From IMG/VR virus record IMGVR_UViG_3300036851_000097, positions 1 to 39,291 of that record: 39,291 nt of DNA. One strand, given 5' to 3'. The notes beneath the pieces are model-generated. The model made no database searches, was not told the origin of the DNA, and saw only the letters and a program-made list of their open reading frames with translations. Both the position numbers and the translations under genes were made by a program. Below are positions 9,431 through 18,668 of the stretch, piece by piece (the stretch's first letter is position 1; every line of letters starts with the position of its first letter). This stretch comes from a virus.

Positions 9431-10173
9431 GGGTTCATTCCAGCTTTAATGACGTTCCACGGGAAAGCTGTGGGCGCGTTATTCGCCTTGCGAAGCTGGT
9501 ACGCCTGCTTCCACGTATAGGAAGCCATGACGAACTTCCCGCGCTCGGAATCGGCTTTAAGTTCCGGTGTGTCGAGCCTGCGCCACTTTGCCAGCCTGTA
9601 AGCCAGCATGTTTGTAAAGGCGTTGGTGAACCCGGAAGGAAGTTCAGCGAAGGCATATACATTGGCATTAGGATCACCCAAAGTCGTGACCCATTTCACC
9701 TTACAGGTAAACCGAATCGACCAAATGGAAGATGGGGTAGGCCAGAGGTATAAATCAGCCTGCGGCCACTTGGGGTTTAGGGCATAGTCCCACGGCTGCG
9801 CCGGATTGTTGGGGACGCTGATATTGTGCCGGTACTGCGGGAAAGTTATCTCCGTCAAGGGGAGATAGACAGGCTGAGCCCCTGGCTGAATCTGAATCTC
9901 ACCAGTAACGATTGTTTCTGGCCGAATGGGGGACGCGGGAGAGGCGTCACTTCCCGTTCCAAGCACATACTTATTTTGCCCTGGCACCGTGTCGAACTCT
10001 ACGTCAATGTCAAAGACGGGTAGAGCGATACCCTCCCCGTCCAGTTCATCAAGCAGGTTTTTAGCCCGAGCTTTAGCGCTATCGAGCGTGGCCGCATCAA
10101 TGATTTGGCCCTGTCCCAATATCCCCGACAAAGACAGGGAATCGCTATAAATCTCTTCCCATGTCGATGCCAT
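9427..10173 (-). CDS. Head-to-tail adaptor / tail tubular A-like protein
   Basis: 248 aa. Position is directly downstream of the coat region. The N-terminal pattern (SLSGILGQGQ...AKARAKNLLDELDGEG) resembles podovirus adaptor proteins. Confidence 0.5.
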   Translation of the reverse strand: MASTWEEIYSDSLSLSGILGQGQIIDAATLDSAKARAKNLLDELDGEGIALPVFDIDVEFDTVPGQNKYVLGTGSDASPASPIRPETIVTGEIQIQPGAQPVYLPLTEITFPQYRHNISVPNNPAQPWDYALNPKWPQADLYLWPTPSSIWSIRFTCKVKWVTTLGDPNANVYAFAELPSGFTNAFTNMLAYRLAKWRRLDTPELKADSERGKFVMASYTWKQAYQLRKANNAPTAFPWNVIKAGMNP

Positions 10174-10193
10174 GATAGAACCCCTCTAGCTGG

Positions 10194-10655
10194 TTAGCCT
10201 TCGAGGTTCTGAATACGCAGGACGAAGTAGCCCGCACCCGCCGTAAAGACGGTACCGGAAGCGGCCATTTCCAAAGAAATAGTATCCGTCTCGGAACCCA
10301 CGTTAAGCGCGGTGATCGCGGTAGCCGCCGTAATCTTGCCGATGGTGTCCGTATCCGCGAGAAGCAGTGTCAAGACACCCCCGGTCACGTTGGTCGTGCC
10401 GATCTCCAGGTTGAACACCTGCGAGGCGCTAGTGCCCGTCCCCGCTACCGTAGTGACGAATGCCAAAGCCAAAAGTTTGAACTTGTGGCCAACCGTGAAG
10501 TTAGTCATAAGGTCAATCGCGGCAGTCGAAAGCCCCGTCGCCAAGGAGGTGAGGGGGATCGTCAGGTTGTAGATACCCGAATACTGATCGACAGGGATAT
10601 AGTTCGTCCCGCCCGGAGTGAGGACGGTTTCGATGGATTCAGTAGAAGTTGCCAT
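10194..10655 (-). CDS. Small virion protein after the coat gene (possible decoration protein)
   Basis: I prefer the start at ATG 10655 (MATSTESIE...), which has AAGGAAA 7 nt upstream. The longer track ORF would overlap the coat gene. 153 aa, Thr/Ala/Gly-rich. Confidence 0.6.
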   Translation of the reverse strand: MATSTESIETVLTPGGTNYIPVDQYSGIYNLTIPLTSLATGLSTAAIDLMTNFTVGHKFKLLALAFVTTVAGTGTSASQVFNLEIGTTNVTGGVLTLLLADTDTIGKITAATAITALNVGSETDTISLEMAASGTVFTAGAGYFVLRIQNLEG

Positions 10656-10674
10656 GATGGTTTCCTTTTGGGCG

Positions 10675-11943
10675 TTAGCCCATATCCTTGGTGAAGGCGC
10701 GAATAACGTGGCGGTACTGCTTGATAGCAGCCCCACCAAGGAAGTCCAGACGCATGATATTGGTGAGGCTCAAGACATCGCTAGAAGCCGTGGTCTGGAC
10801 CGGCATACCGTCATAGTACGCAATACCGTTATCCGCCTTGATAAGTTCGGCTTTCTTAAGGCCGACCATGGCGAGGGAGCTTTCTTTCTTGAAGAAAAGC
10901 ATCTGGCGGTAGGTATGTGAGGCCGTGCCGTAAATAGCCACGTAGGCGGCGGTGCCGCTAACGGTAGGCAGACGCGACACGTTCTGGAGTTTCGGCTGTT
11001 CGGGGCCGTAGATGGGCTGCGTCACCGTGATGGTGCCGACACCGGAGCCGTTCAGCGTGACATCCGCCGCGACGGTGAAGCCTGCGGCGTTGCCGTTCTG
11101 TTGCTGGGTAACAGGGTTTACTTCGTTCGCGCCGGTAGTCGTACCGTTGCCAGGGAAGTAAACAATGGAGCCCGCCGTAATAACACCGTTGGCCGTACCG
11201 CCAGAGACGATGAACGAAGTCGCGCCCGTGGTCACGGTGGTCGAGAGATACATCCCCGAAGTACCAGTCGCAACAGCGGAACCGTTGGTATGGAACGGAA
11301 TCAAGGTTGTGGAATAGAAGTTCATGTCCATGGACATCTTCACCTTGCCACGGAGATACGCGGTCGCGCTGTCCGAGGTGGGGTTGAAGCTGGTAGCCAG
11401 GTCACCGGCAACAAGGGCCATATCCTGCGGCTGCATAGCCACATAGAGCCCTTCCGTAGCCATCATGTCAGCCATGGCAGCCTGAAAGTTGCCGAAGTCG
11501 GCAGCCGTCTTGATCGCCGTACCCGCCGCAATGGACGAGACGAAACGCTGACCCAGTTTCAGCTTGTTATAGCCGATCTGCGCTATCTGGGTCGCCATGC
11601 GCTTCATGCGGGCTTTGTTGACCCGATCTTCGAGCAGTTCCTCGCCGCCAATGTCAAGGTTCTCAAACTGAGCGCCGATTTCAAGGCCGGTAGTCCAGTT
11701 GGTCGCCGTGATCTGCCGCTCGGTCTGGAGAACAGGGTCATTGGAAAACGCCGTCTGCTCCATCGGGGGGGCGGGCTGATCCTCGACGCGAATAGTAACG
11801 GTCGCGCCGCTCTGATACGTCTTATCCGCGAAAGTCTTGGAGTACGATTTATCCACTACCTTAAGCAGCGGGTCTGTATCGGCTACAAGAGCCTCCACAC
11901 CTTTTTCAGCCACAAGCTGGCTGATTGAAGCAACGTTTGCCAT
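10675..11943 (-). CDS. Major capsid protein (P22-coat-like, HK97 fold)
   Basis: 422 aa, located right after the scaffold gene. Size and sequence character (RVNKARMKRMATQIAQIGYNKL..., QPQDMALVAGDL...) fit P22-type coat proteins. Confidence 0.85.
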   Translation of the reverse strand: MANVASISQLVAEKGVEALVADTDPLLKVVDKSYSKTFADKTYQSGATVTIRVEDQPAPPMEQTAFSNDPVLQTERQITATNWTTGLEIGAQFENLDIGGEELLEDRVNKARMKRMATQIAQIGYNKLKLGQRFVSSIAAGTAIKTAADFGNFQAAMADMMATEGLYVAMQPQDMALVAGDLATSFNPTSDSATAYLRGKVKMSMDMNFYSTTLIPFHTNGSAVATGTSGMYLSTTVTTGATSFIVSGGTANGVITAGSIVYFPGNGTTTGANEVNPVTQQQNGNAAGFTVAADVTLNGSGVGTITVTQPIYGPEQPKLQNVSRLPTVSGTAAYVAIYGTASHTYRQMLFFKKESSLAMVGLKKAELIKADNGIAYYDGMPVQTTASSDVLSLTNIMRLDFLGGAAIKQYRHVIRAFTKDMG

Positions 11944-11969
11944 TTATGAAAGTCCTTTTGAGGGGTTAA

Positions 11970-12764
11970 TTATTGCCACTTGTCGAAAATTTCTTCGTTT
12001 GACTTCTTGGGGCTGCCGGAAGGCTTACCACCCCCGAAGCCTGCGGAAGTGGGAGCCGCAGAAGCTGCCGCCTTCTTGGCGGGGACGGCTGCGGCCTGAG
12101 ATTCAAACTGAGATTCCAGACGGCCTACCATGCGGATAGCGGCGGCAGGGTTATTGACGGCCAACTTCCGAAGTTCGGCGGTCTTTTCTGCGTTCTTCTG
12201 CAAGAAGTGATGGATGTTCGCGGAGAATTCGGACTCAAGAATCGAGAGAACAACCGCCTCATTACGAATGTCGATGTTCTTGCGCTCGTCGTAATCAGGG
12301 TTCAGAACCTTGTAGGCATCCTGACGGGCCGAGTGTTCGTTCTGCGCCGTCTGGACGTACTGCTTGTACCCCTGTTCGCGCTGCGATTCCTGATAGGTCT
12401 TTTCGCGGGTGGAAAACTCTTGCTTGAAATTAAACCGGGCGCGGTCATCCATGAACCGCTCAAACTCGCCTTCTTTGTTGAAATCATAGTCGGCAGCTTT
12501 GGGAGCTACATCGGACTTGGCTTCTTCTTTTGCTGGCTTCGGAAGGCGGGAATCGTAGTCCTGAAAACGCTGCTCGGCGGTCTGCCGGAACTCGGAGTAG
12601 TCATTGCGAATCTGCTCAAACTCGGCCTTCGGGACATACTGCGAAGCGTCAAAGGCGGGAGCGGCATCACCCCCGGCAGGGGAACCGGCAGCAGCCGCCC
12701 CGCCTGCCGCACCATCGGGTGCAGGGTCAAGATGGAAAAGATGTTTGAAGTTCTGTGAGGGCAT
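11970..12764 (-). CDS. Scaffolding protein
   Basis: 264 aa. Ala/Glu/Lys/Gln-rich and predicted helical. Lies between the portal and the coat. Confidence 0.65.
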   Translation of the reverse strand: MPSQNFKHLFHLDPAPDGAAGGAAAAGSPAGGDAAPAFDASQYVPKAEFEQIRNDYSEFRQTAEQRFQDYDSRLPKPAKEEAKSDVAPKAADYDFNKEGEFERFMDDRARFNFKQEFSTREKTYQESQREQGYKQYVQTAQNEHSARQDAYKVLNPDYDERKNIDIRNEAVVLSILESEFSANIHHFLQKNAEKTAELRKLAVNNPAAAIRMVGRLESQFESQAAAVPAKKAAASAAPTSAGFGGGKPSGSPKKSNEEIFDKWQ

Positions 12765-12839
12765 AATCGGTTCCCCTGTTATGCCCTCAATATCACCCGA
12801 TTTTCAACCTCGGGCTATATCAACGATTATCAAAACATG

Positions 12840-13064
12840 TCAAGGCTTATCAATCGTTGAAATTACGGAAGCGAATCGCGCCAAAGTCTTTTCAGACAGC
12901 GGGCTCTTATACGTGCTGTAATTCACGTACCTAACCCGCTGAACGGTATTGATGCAGAACCCGGTCATAAAGGCAAGCTCCTTTAGTGACAGGTAATTTG
13001 AAATCATTACCCGATTCACCATAGCCGCCAATTCTTCTCTGCCCATCTTGCCCCCCTCTTCCAT
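12840..13064 (-). CDS. Small helix-turn-helix-like protein
   Basis: 74 aa. LSLKELAFMTGFCINTVQRV resembles an HTH. Lies between portal and scaffold. The start could instead be the internal Met (MGREEL). Confidence 0.5.
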   Translation of the reverse strand: MEEGGKMGREELAAMVNRVMISNYLSLKELAFMTGFCINTVQRVRYVNYSTYKSPLSEKTLARFASVISTIDKP

Positions 13065-13069
13065 GATTT

Positions 13070-15088
13070 TTAGGCCCAGTCAGTAACCGCGTTCAAACTA
13101 GCTGGGCCGTCTGACTGTTCCGGCTTTACTTCCCCGCCAGGAGTTAGGATTGATTCAGGTGTCTTTGGAATCAAATCGACCTTCTCCCTATCGGTTTCGG
13201 CTTTGTAAGCGTTGATTTCGTTAGTGTCGGCATTCTTGGCTGCCTCCAGTTCCATTTTCTTCATAGCCTCGGCGTTTCGGTTACGCTCCTTCATGAACTC
13301 CAAAGACTTGTCCGCTTGTGATTGCTTTAGCTCGTCTTGGAGTTTACGTCCCTCTTCCTGCATCTTCTGGATAGCCTGTTGCATTTGCTGTTTCTCGGGG
13401 TCATCGGCCATACCTTCAAGAAGTGAACCGATTTCCTGGGCATACCTACCCTTTTGCGCCTTGACAATGAGCGCGGGGGCACCTTTAGCCTGCATAATGA
13501 GCGGGCCTAGTTGTGGGTTTTCAACCATGTTCATAAGGCTTTCAGCCTCAGCCTCCCTGTCCGTATCGGAATCCGGCTGGGCCTCGACAACCAGGCTATA
13601 CCGCTCCATGGGATTGAAGGACAGTCCACCGGGGGCGTTGATCGTCTGCATGACGGCCTTATCGTCCTTGTCCATGAACGCCACTTGCTGCTCGGTCGTG
13701 TAGTAGTGGGGGAAGGCTTCTAGGGTAACAAGCCCCATTTGCTTGACGTACTCAAGGAAATTGAAGGTAAAGTGGTAAGAGGAAACGTCCCCCTCTTTCT
13801 TGCGCTCACGAATCGCCTTACCGGAAGTCTCGTTAGTCTTCTCCCCGAACACTGCCACGGGGATGCCCAGGATTTGCTCGATCTTCTGCACCTGGACCTG
13901 TTGAAGCTCAATCAAAAGCCTATCCAAAATGTAGGGCTCATTCTCTTGCGGGGCCGGGATAGACTTCTCACCGTCCCACGACTTGTAAAGAATGTCCATA
14001 TCCCCGATAATGGACGATGTACGAAGGTCTTCGGAACCCTTGTTAATCAGGCTCTCAAAGGGGACGATCCATTTGCTGTACGGGCTCCTTGCAAGCCGCA
14101 TCTTGATAATCATTTCAATCAAGGTGTACAAGGCTTGGGGCTCTTCGGCATCAGCGGTCAGGGGTAGCCAATACTTTTTGGTTTCCTTGCCTACATCCTC
14201 TATAATGGCCTCTCCCGTGCAAGCCACAAGGGGAGGGTAACAGCCTTTCCAATCGCCAGAACGAAGGATTGCGCTCCCCTCATCCGTAATCATGTGCCAT
14301 TCCCAGTCGTAAATAGACACGTCACGGGCGAAGGGGGTTACCCCATCATCCATCATGGCAACGCCGGTAAGGTCCGGCTTATCGGAGTCGGCAACAAGTC
14401 TTTCGGTCCCGTCCTCAAGCAAATACTCCTTCCCGCTTTCCTTGCTCCGCTTCTTCCAGTAGTACCAGAGGGACCGGGTTTTCTCGTTGGAATGCCCCCA
14501 ATCCGTCCCCGTCCTCTGCTTCCACTTCCCTTTCTGGACGTCCTCACGGATTAGAAAATCTTCCATATCATTGAAGGTAGGGGTATTGACGAACGGGTCA
14601 GGAAACACGTTGTAAGTGTCAACCACGTCCTCATACCTAAATGACTTTTCGAATCCCCTTTGGCTGGCGTAGTCCACCACGACCTTGGAGTAACGGATAC
14701 CCGCCGCAAGCTGGCCGCGCCTGGCTTGATTGTAAACCGGGCCGCATGTAGGTACCTGGATACCCCTTAGAACATCCTCGCGCTGCCTAGCCTTGGCAAC
14801 ATCCGACCCGCCCCCATTAGGGCTTACAACGGCCCTATATTTGACCTGTAATGTTTGATTGGCCTGCTGGTTCACGTACTTCTTAAGAAGGTTTGGAAGG
14901 CGGACATTGTGGGGGAGCCCAAGGGCCAATATCTCTGACCTATCCATCTGTTTCCCGAGGATGGCGAAATTCCAATGCTCCTTACACTTGTCGTATGCGT
15001 ACTTCCATGCCGAGGGGTAATCCTGTTTCTTCTCGCGAAACTCGGCTAAAGTCTTTGCCTTGACATCATCTTGGGGCGTCTTTTTCAT
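13070..15088 (-). CDS. Portal protein
   Basis: 672 aa, immediately downstream of TerL (ATG/stop overlap). The long C-terminal coiled coil (QQMQQAIQKMQEEGRKLQDELKQSQ...) resembles the P22 portal barrel. Confidence 0.85.
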   Translation of the reverse strand: MKKTPQDDVKAKTLAEFREKKQDYPSAWKYAYDKCKEHWNFAILGKQMDRSEILALGLPHNVRLPNLLKKYVNQQANQTLQVKYRAVVSPNGGGSDVAKARQREDVLRGIQVPTCGPVYNQARRGQLAAGIRYSKVVVDYASQRGFEKSFRYEDVVDTYNVFPDPFVNTPTFNDMEDFLIREDVQKGKWKQRTGTDWGHSNEKTRSLWYYWKKRSKESGKEYLLEDGTERLVADSDKPDLTGVAMMDDGVTPFARDVSIYDWEWHMITDEGSAILRSGDWKGCYPPLVACTGEAIIEDVGKETKKYWLPLTADAEEPQALYTLIEMIIKMRLARSPYSKWIVPFESLINKGSEDLRTSSIIGDMDILYKSWDGEKSIPAPQENEPYILDRLLIELQQVQVQKIEQILGIPVAVFGEKTNETSGKAIRERKKEGDVSSYHFTFNFLEYVKQMGLVTLEAFPHYYTTEQQVAFMDKDDKAVMQTINAPGGLSFNPMERYSLVVEAQPDSDTDREAEAESLMNMVENPQLGPLIMQAKGAPALIVKAQKGRYAQEIGSLLEGMADDPEKQQMQQAIQKMQEEGRKLQDELKQSQADKSLEFMKERNRNAEAMKKMELEAAKNADTNEINAYKAETDREKVDLIPKTPESILTPGGEVKPEQSDGPASLNAVTDWA

Positions 15089-16548
15089 TATCGTATCGCC
15101 AGTCTAGCCTTATAGGGGCTTTGGTAGTTTGCGGGTAAAGGCGTGTTGTTCTTAATCACGGGTTGCGCGAAGGTAAGGGCTACCGCATCCCCATCGTCAG
15201 GGGAGGATAGGCCGCGCTTCTTCATGTCCTTCTTCTTCTCTAACATGAGTTGCTCTTTGGGAGAGAAGAAGTAAAGCGGCCCTAATAGGTCTGTTCTAAG
15301 TTCCATTATTTCAGGAAGGTCAAGGCCACCGCGCATTGCGGTACGCATATCCCCCCACATTTCGGAGCGCTTATTGAAATAGTCTGTTTTATTGGTGGGT
15401 GCGGACCCGAAGTTTACTTCAATGATCTTATCGGAAGGTATTAGAACCCTTAGACGGTCAATGACGCCGCCACCGGGGCCGCCGCCGTCAATAAACAGCG
15501 TATCGGGGAAGTGAAGGCCGTAAAGTTCTGCTATCTGTGAAGCGGACTGTTGGGTATCTAACCCTCGCCAACGCTTTAGGAATTTAACCTTACGCCCCTG
15601 CCTTAAGTACACCACGTTGTAATCGTCACCAAAACGGGCAACGTCAACACCGAACACCTTGGCCTCATGCTCGTAGCCCCTGGCCTCGTACTTGACGCAG
15701 TTCTCGTAATCTTCCACACCAATGAATTCTAGCATGGACGATCTAGGGGGCAAGCCTCTTACACGAACCCGTACAAAGTCGGAGTCCTCGCCTTCATCGT
15801 CTATCCATTCCTGAATCTTGATCTTATTGGTCAGGCGAACGGTACGGCTGTCGATCTGGTGAGACTTCCAACGGTGCCTGGCCTTACCCATTGTCTCGGC
15901 AAAGTTCCCGGTGTTGCGGGTAGGGTTCCCAAAGACAAACCAAAGAATCTCCGTATCGGAATCGGTCAACGCCCCTTCGGTAACTTCCCAAATCTTGTCA
16001 GGGATAGCCGAGGCTTCGTCATAGATTACAAGGATGCGTTTACCCTTGTTGTGGAGTCCTGCAAAAGCCTCTGTGTTCTCTAGGCTCCAAGGGATAATAT
16101 CAATGCGCCATGATCGGGAGTGTTCAGGGTCTGTCGAATAAATAGCCGTAGCCGTGAGGGTGAACCATTCCTTGGTGATGCAAAGGCGGTGCCACTTGGT
16201 AAGCTCGGCCCAGGTCTTAGTCCTAAGCTGTGTATCCGTGTTGGCCGTTACGACCCCTCTAGTGTCCTCAAAGGTGGACATAGCCCAAAGGATTAGCCAG
16301 GACACTTCCGCGCTCTTGCCTATGCCGTGGCCGCTTGAGATAGCTTCCTGAATGATAGCCCCAGCAGGGTATCCGGCTTTTAACTTCTCCCCTAGGCGGT
16401 TTAGCTGGTCACGCTGCCAATCTTCCGGCCCCTCGGGGAATGCGGATAGCTCCCCCTTACCCCACTCGAAAGCATAAAGGACGAATCCTAACGGGTCATG
16501 GGTGAACCCGGCTATATCATCTACGAGTTGTGCTTCGGCGGGAGTCAT
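15088..16548 (-). CDS. terL: Terminase large subunit
   Basis: 486 aa. Walker A-like SSGHGIGKSAEVS, Walker B ILVIYDEASAI, and a C-terminal RNase H-like nuclease region (VFGVDVARFGDD). Confidence 0.9.
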   Translation of the reverse strand: MTPAEAQLVDDIAGFTHDPLGFVLYAFEWGKGELSAFPEGPEDWQRDQLNRLGEKLKAGYPAGAIIQEAISSGHGIGKSAEVSWLILWAMSTFEDTRGVVTANTDTQLRTKTWAELTKWHRLCITKEWFTLTATAIYSTDPEHSRSWRIDIIPWSLENTEAFAGLHNKGKRILVIYDEASAIPDKIWEVTEGALTDSDTEILWFVFGNPTRNTGNFAETMGKARHRWKSHQIDSRTVRLTNKIKIQEWIDDEGEDSDFVRVRVRGLPPRSSMLEFIGVEDYENCVKYEARGYEHEAKVFGVDVARFGDDYNVVYLRQGRKVKFLKRWRGLDTQQSASQIAELYGLHFPDTLFIDGGGPGGGVIDRLRVLIPSDKIIEVNFGSAPTNKTDYFNKRSEMWGDMRTAMRGGLDLPEIMELRTDLLGPLYFFSPKEQLMLEKKKDMKKRGLSSPDDGDAVALTFAQPVIKNNTPLPANYQSPYKARLAIR

Positions 16549-16576
16549 GATATTGAAATTTCAGTATCAATAAACA

Positions 16577-16936
16577 CTAAACGCGCCTTGCGTTTTCTTT
16601 CATGTAATTCAGAATTTCGTTAGAAAACCTGAACCATTCGCCACGAATCTTGAATTTCTTGTGAAGCGCGGCTTCGTCTGCCATGCTTTTATCCTCGATA
16701 ATCGCTAAAACCTTCAATGTTTCAGAATTAGCGACTTGCAACCCCAACCGCCTTTCATTGTGTTGCCCAAGTCGGCAATAGCCAATCTTGACTACATCGG
16801 TTTCCCCGGCTCGGATGAAATAAATGCACCCTAGCTTTTTTGGCATAGGTGGTTTTTTCCATGCGGTCTGTAAATGCTCTGGGACTTTCAACCCAAAACG
16901 CAAAGGCTTGATGGTCTTTCCATTCAAACTAGCCAT
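16577..16936 (-). CDS. T5orf172 / GIY-YIG-superfamily domain protein
   Basis: 119 aa. CIYFIRAGETDVVKIGY...RRLGLQVANSETLKVLA...EAALHKKFKIRGEWFRF matches the T5orf172 (MUG113-type) pattern. Confidence 0.7.
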   Translation of the reverse strand: MASLNGKTIKPLRFGLKVPEHLQTAWKKPPMPKKLGCIYFIRAGETDVVKIGYCRLGQHNERRLGLQVANSETLKVLAIIEDKSMADEAALHKKFKIRGEWFRFSNEILNYMKENARRV

Positions 16937-17427
16937 TAGACTTCCCCGCCTGTCGGAGTCCTATTTGCCGCCCGTTCTCTGGCCTCTTTGAGCCTGTCGG
17001 TAAGGCCAATTTCCAAATTACCGGAGTGGTTTAGGTCTAGTCTTTCCCCGAATCGCTTGGGCTTTAGCTTGGAAAGGAACCATTTACGGGTATCGACCTT
17101 CAATCTGGCCCTATCTACCATGTCCCCGGTTTGAGTCTCGACCTTTAAGGTGTCCCCCTCCCCCGAGGTCTTAACCTTCTCTCCCATTAAGACGGTATCG
17201 GCAATTTCTAGGGCTTCCTCAAAGATCGTTTCGGCACGAACATCTGTTGCATGGTCGTATTGTTCCTTAAAGTCTGGCTTTTCCACAATCCAGCGAAAAA
17301 ACGCCGAAAGGCTGGGCATATCATCGTCCCGACAAATGCTTCTAATACTCTCCCCATCTACAACCCTTTTTAGGATTTTTTCGGATAGTTCAGGCGTGAA
17401 GATTGTAGGCCGTCCTGCTGGCATCAT
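16936..17427 (-). CDS. terS: Terminase small subunit
   Basis: 163 aa. N-terminal GRPTIFTPELSEKILKRVVDGESIRSICRDDDMPSLSAFFRW is the typical HTH start of gp3-type small terminases. Confidence 0.75.
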   Translation of the reverse strand: MMPAGRPTIFTPELSEKILKRVVDGESIRSICRDDDMPSLSAFFRWIVEKPDFKEQYDHATDVRAETIFEEALEIADTVLMGEKVKTSGEGDTLKVETQTGDMVDRARLKVDTRKWFLSKLKPKRFGERLDLNHSGNLEIGLTDRLKEARERAANRTPTGGEV

Positions 17428-17573
17428 AGGCTCCTTTGAGCCTTAAAGTGCTTGGCAATATCGTTTACAGTGAATACGCTCCACGTCTTACGCATAACGA
17501 CCTTTTGGTGAAGAGTGAAGCTAGGGTCCCCAAATACCTCTGCGAGGAACTTTTTGGTTCGGCGCTTGTTCAT
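17424..17573 (-). CDS. Hypothetical 49-aa protein
   Basis: MNKRRTKKFLAEVFG... Its ATG overlaps the upstream TAA (TAATG) and its TGA overlaps the terS ATG. Below the ORF-track length cut-off. Confidence 0.45.
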   Translation of the reverse strand: MNKRRTKKFLAEVFGDPSFTLHQKVVMRKTWSVFTVNDIAKHFKAQRSL

Positions 17574-17758
17574 TAGGGGGCCACCTTATCCCAATTGTAG
17601 TGCGCTTTGAGCATGGTTAAAGGGGTGCCCCCCGTTCGACTTTCGATTTCAAGGGGGCCATTCTCGAACATCTGGAACACGTTTACCTCTAACCCGTCTT
17701 CTGGTTTTTCTGTGTAAACACGGTATTTGCCGGGCTCCTTGATTTCGGCGGTTTTCAT
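17573..17758 (-). CDS. Hypothetical 61-aa protein
   Basis: I prefer the start at ATG 17758 (MKTAEIKEPG...), preceded by AAGGTGGAATA. Coupled to both neighbours. Confidence 0.55.
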   Translation of the reverse strand: MKTAEIKEPGKYRVYTEKPEDGLEVNVFQMFENGPLEIESRTGGTPLTMLKAHYNWDKVAP

Positions 17759-17925
17759 TATTCCACCTTGATAGCGGTTACACCGCACTTACGAGGGTGA
17801 ATCTTGATTATTTCAAATTGCTGACCACCAATATTGAGGATTTTACTGCTATGATCGTTCGGGGTTAGGGAAAGTCCTTTAACCGATTCCAAGGCCAAGA
17901 AGAAGTATTTGCGGGGCCTAGCCAT
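17758..17925 (-). CDS. Hypothetical 55-aa protein
   Basis: MARPRKYFFLALESVKG... TAATG overlaps at both ends. Confidence 0.45.
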   Translation of the reverse strand: MARPRKYFFLALESVKGLSLTPNDHSSKILNIGGQQFEIIKIHPRKCGVTAIKVE

Positions 17926-18041
17926 TACTCCGCCTCCAAAAGTAGAACGCGGTTATAAATGTCCACTCTAATGAGCTTCCCAGCCCGATGAGCGGCCAGG
18001 GCTTCGTCTAAAGTGACCTTTATCCATTTAATGTGCTTCAT
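17925..18041 (-). CDS. Hypothetical 38-aa protein
   Basis: MKHIKWIKVTLDEALAAHRAGKLIRVDIYNRVLLLEAE. ATGA overlap upstream and TAATG overlap downstream. Confidence 0.35.
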   Translation of the reverse strand: MKHIKWIKVTLDEALAAHRAGKLIRVDIYNRVLLLEAE

Positions 18042-18226
18042 TTCGTCCCCATAGGTTTGCAATTATACCTATCGAACGCCGCCCGTTCGGATGGTTTTTC
18101 AGCATAAAACGATTTCTTACAATCTAGGCATTCCCATGGGTATGAAGCTGGCCAAGAGTCGAAAGTTACACCAGCACCAAAAACAGTATTGAGGCTTTCA
18201 CAATGGCGGCATTTCGGATAATCCAT
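18038..18226 (-). CDS. Small zinc-ribbon protein
   Basis: 62 aa with CRHC...CLDC cysteine pairs. Confidence 0.6.
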   Translation of the reverse strand: MDYPKCRHCESLNTVFGAGVTFDSWPASYPWECLDCKKSFYAEKPSERAAFDRYNCKPMGTK

Positions 18227-18492
18227 TACTTGCCCCCCATAGGTTTAGCGAGTTTAACGGCTTTCTTGAAAGACTTTAGGCGGGAAGGGTCGATGGAGGT
18301 AGCGGGAATTGCAAATGCTCGATTCAAGTAAATAGTCTCGCCGGGATTGACTGAATTAATGTAGTCAGCACCTATGAGGTTTTTTCCTATAGCTTCTTCG
18401 GTTATTACCCGCTTACCATCTGGATAAGGAAGGGTTACCGTGCTTCCAGCGGTTGGCACTCCAGCAGGGATGGGGACTTGGGGGAGGGTCAT
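18226..18492 (-). CDS. Hypothetical protein
   Basis: 88-aa ORF, coupled to both neighbours. Confidence 0.6.
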   Translation of the reverse strand: MTLPQVPIPAGVPTAGSTVTLPYPDGKRVITEEAIGKNLIGADYINSVNPGETIYLNRAFAIPATSIDPSRLKSFKKAVKLAKPMGGK

Positions 18493-18668
18493 GGCTTCAT
18501 ACCTTTTGCCTCAAACTGCTCAAGAAGATTCGCCCGTTGTTGTGGCGTAGTCTCCGCGAAAAATCCTACATCCCATTCACCGCGATCATAAATGCATTGC
18601 ATCCCAGACGGTTCCCAACTATCGGGGGCAATTATCTTGGAGTAAGTGTAAGTCTCACGTTCAGACAT
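18489..18668 (-). CDS. Hypothetical 59-aa protein (first gene of the minus-strand operon)
   Basis: MSERETYTYSKIIAPDSWEPSG... GGGGG lies 6-7 nt upstream. Its TGA overlaps the next ATG. Confidence 0.5.
   Translation of the reverse strand: MSERETYTYSKIIAPDSWEPSGMQCIYDRGEWDVGFFAETTPQQRANLLEQFEAKGMKP

Noticed and set aside
11101-11928. A 275-aa plus-strand ORF inside the capsid gene.
   Set aside because: It is antisense to the major capsid gene. The Arg/Gly-rich translation is implausible, and it is the same shadow-ORF phenomenon as above. The same applies to 12207..12758, 13212..13703 and 13739..14167 opposite the scaffold and portal genes.
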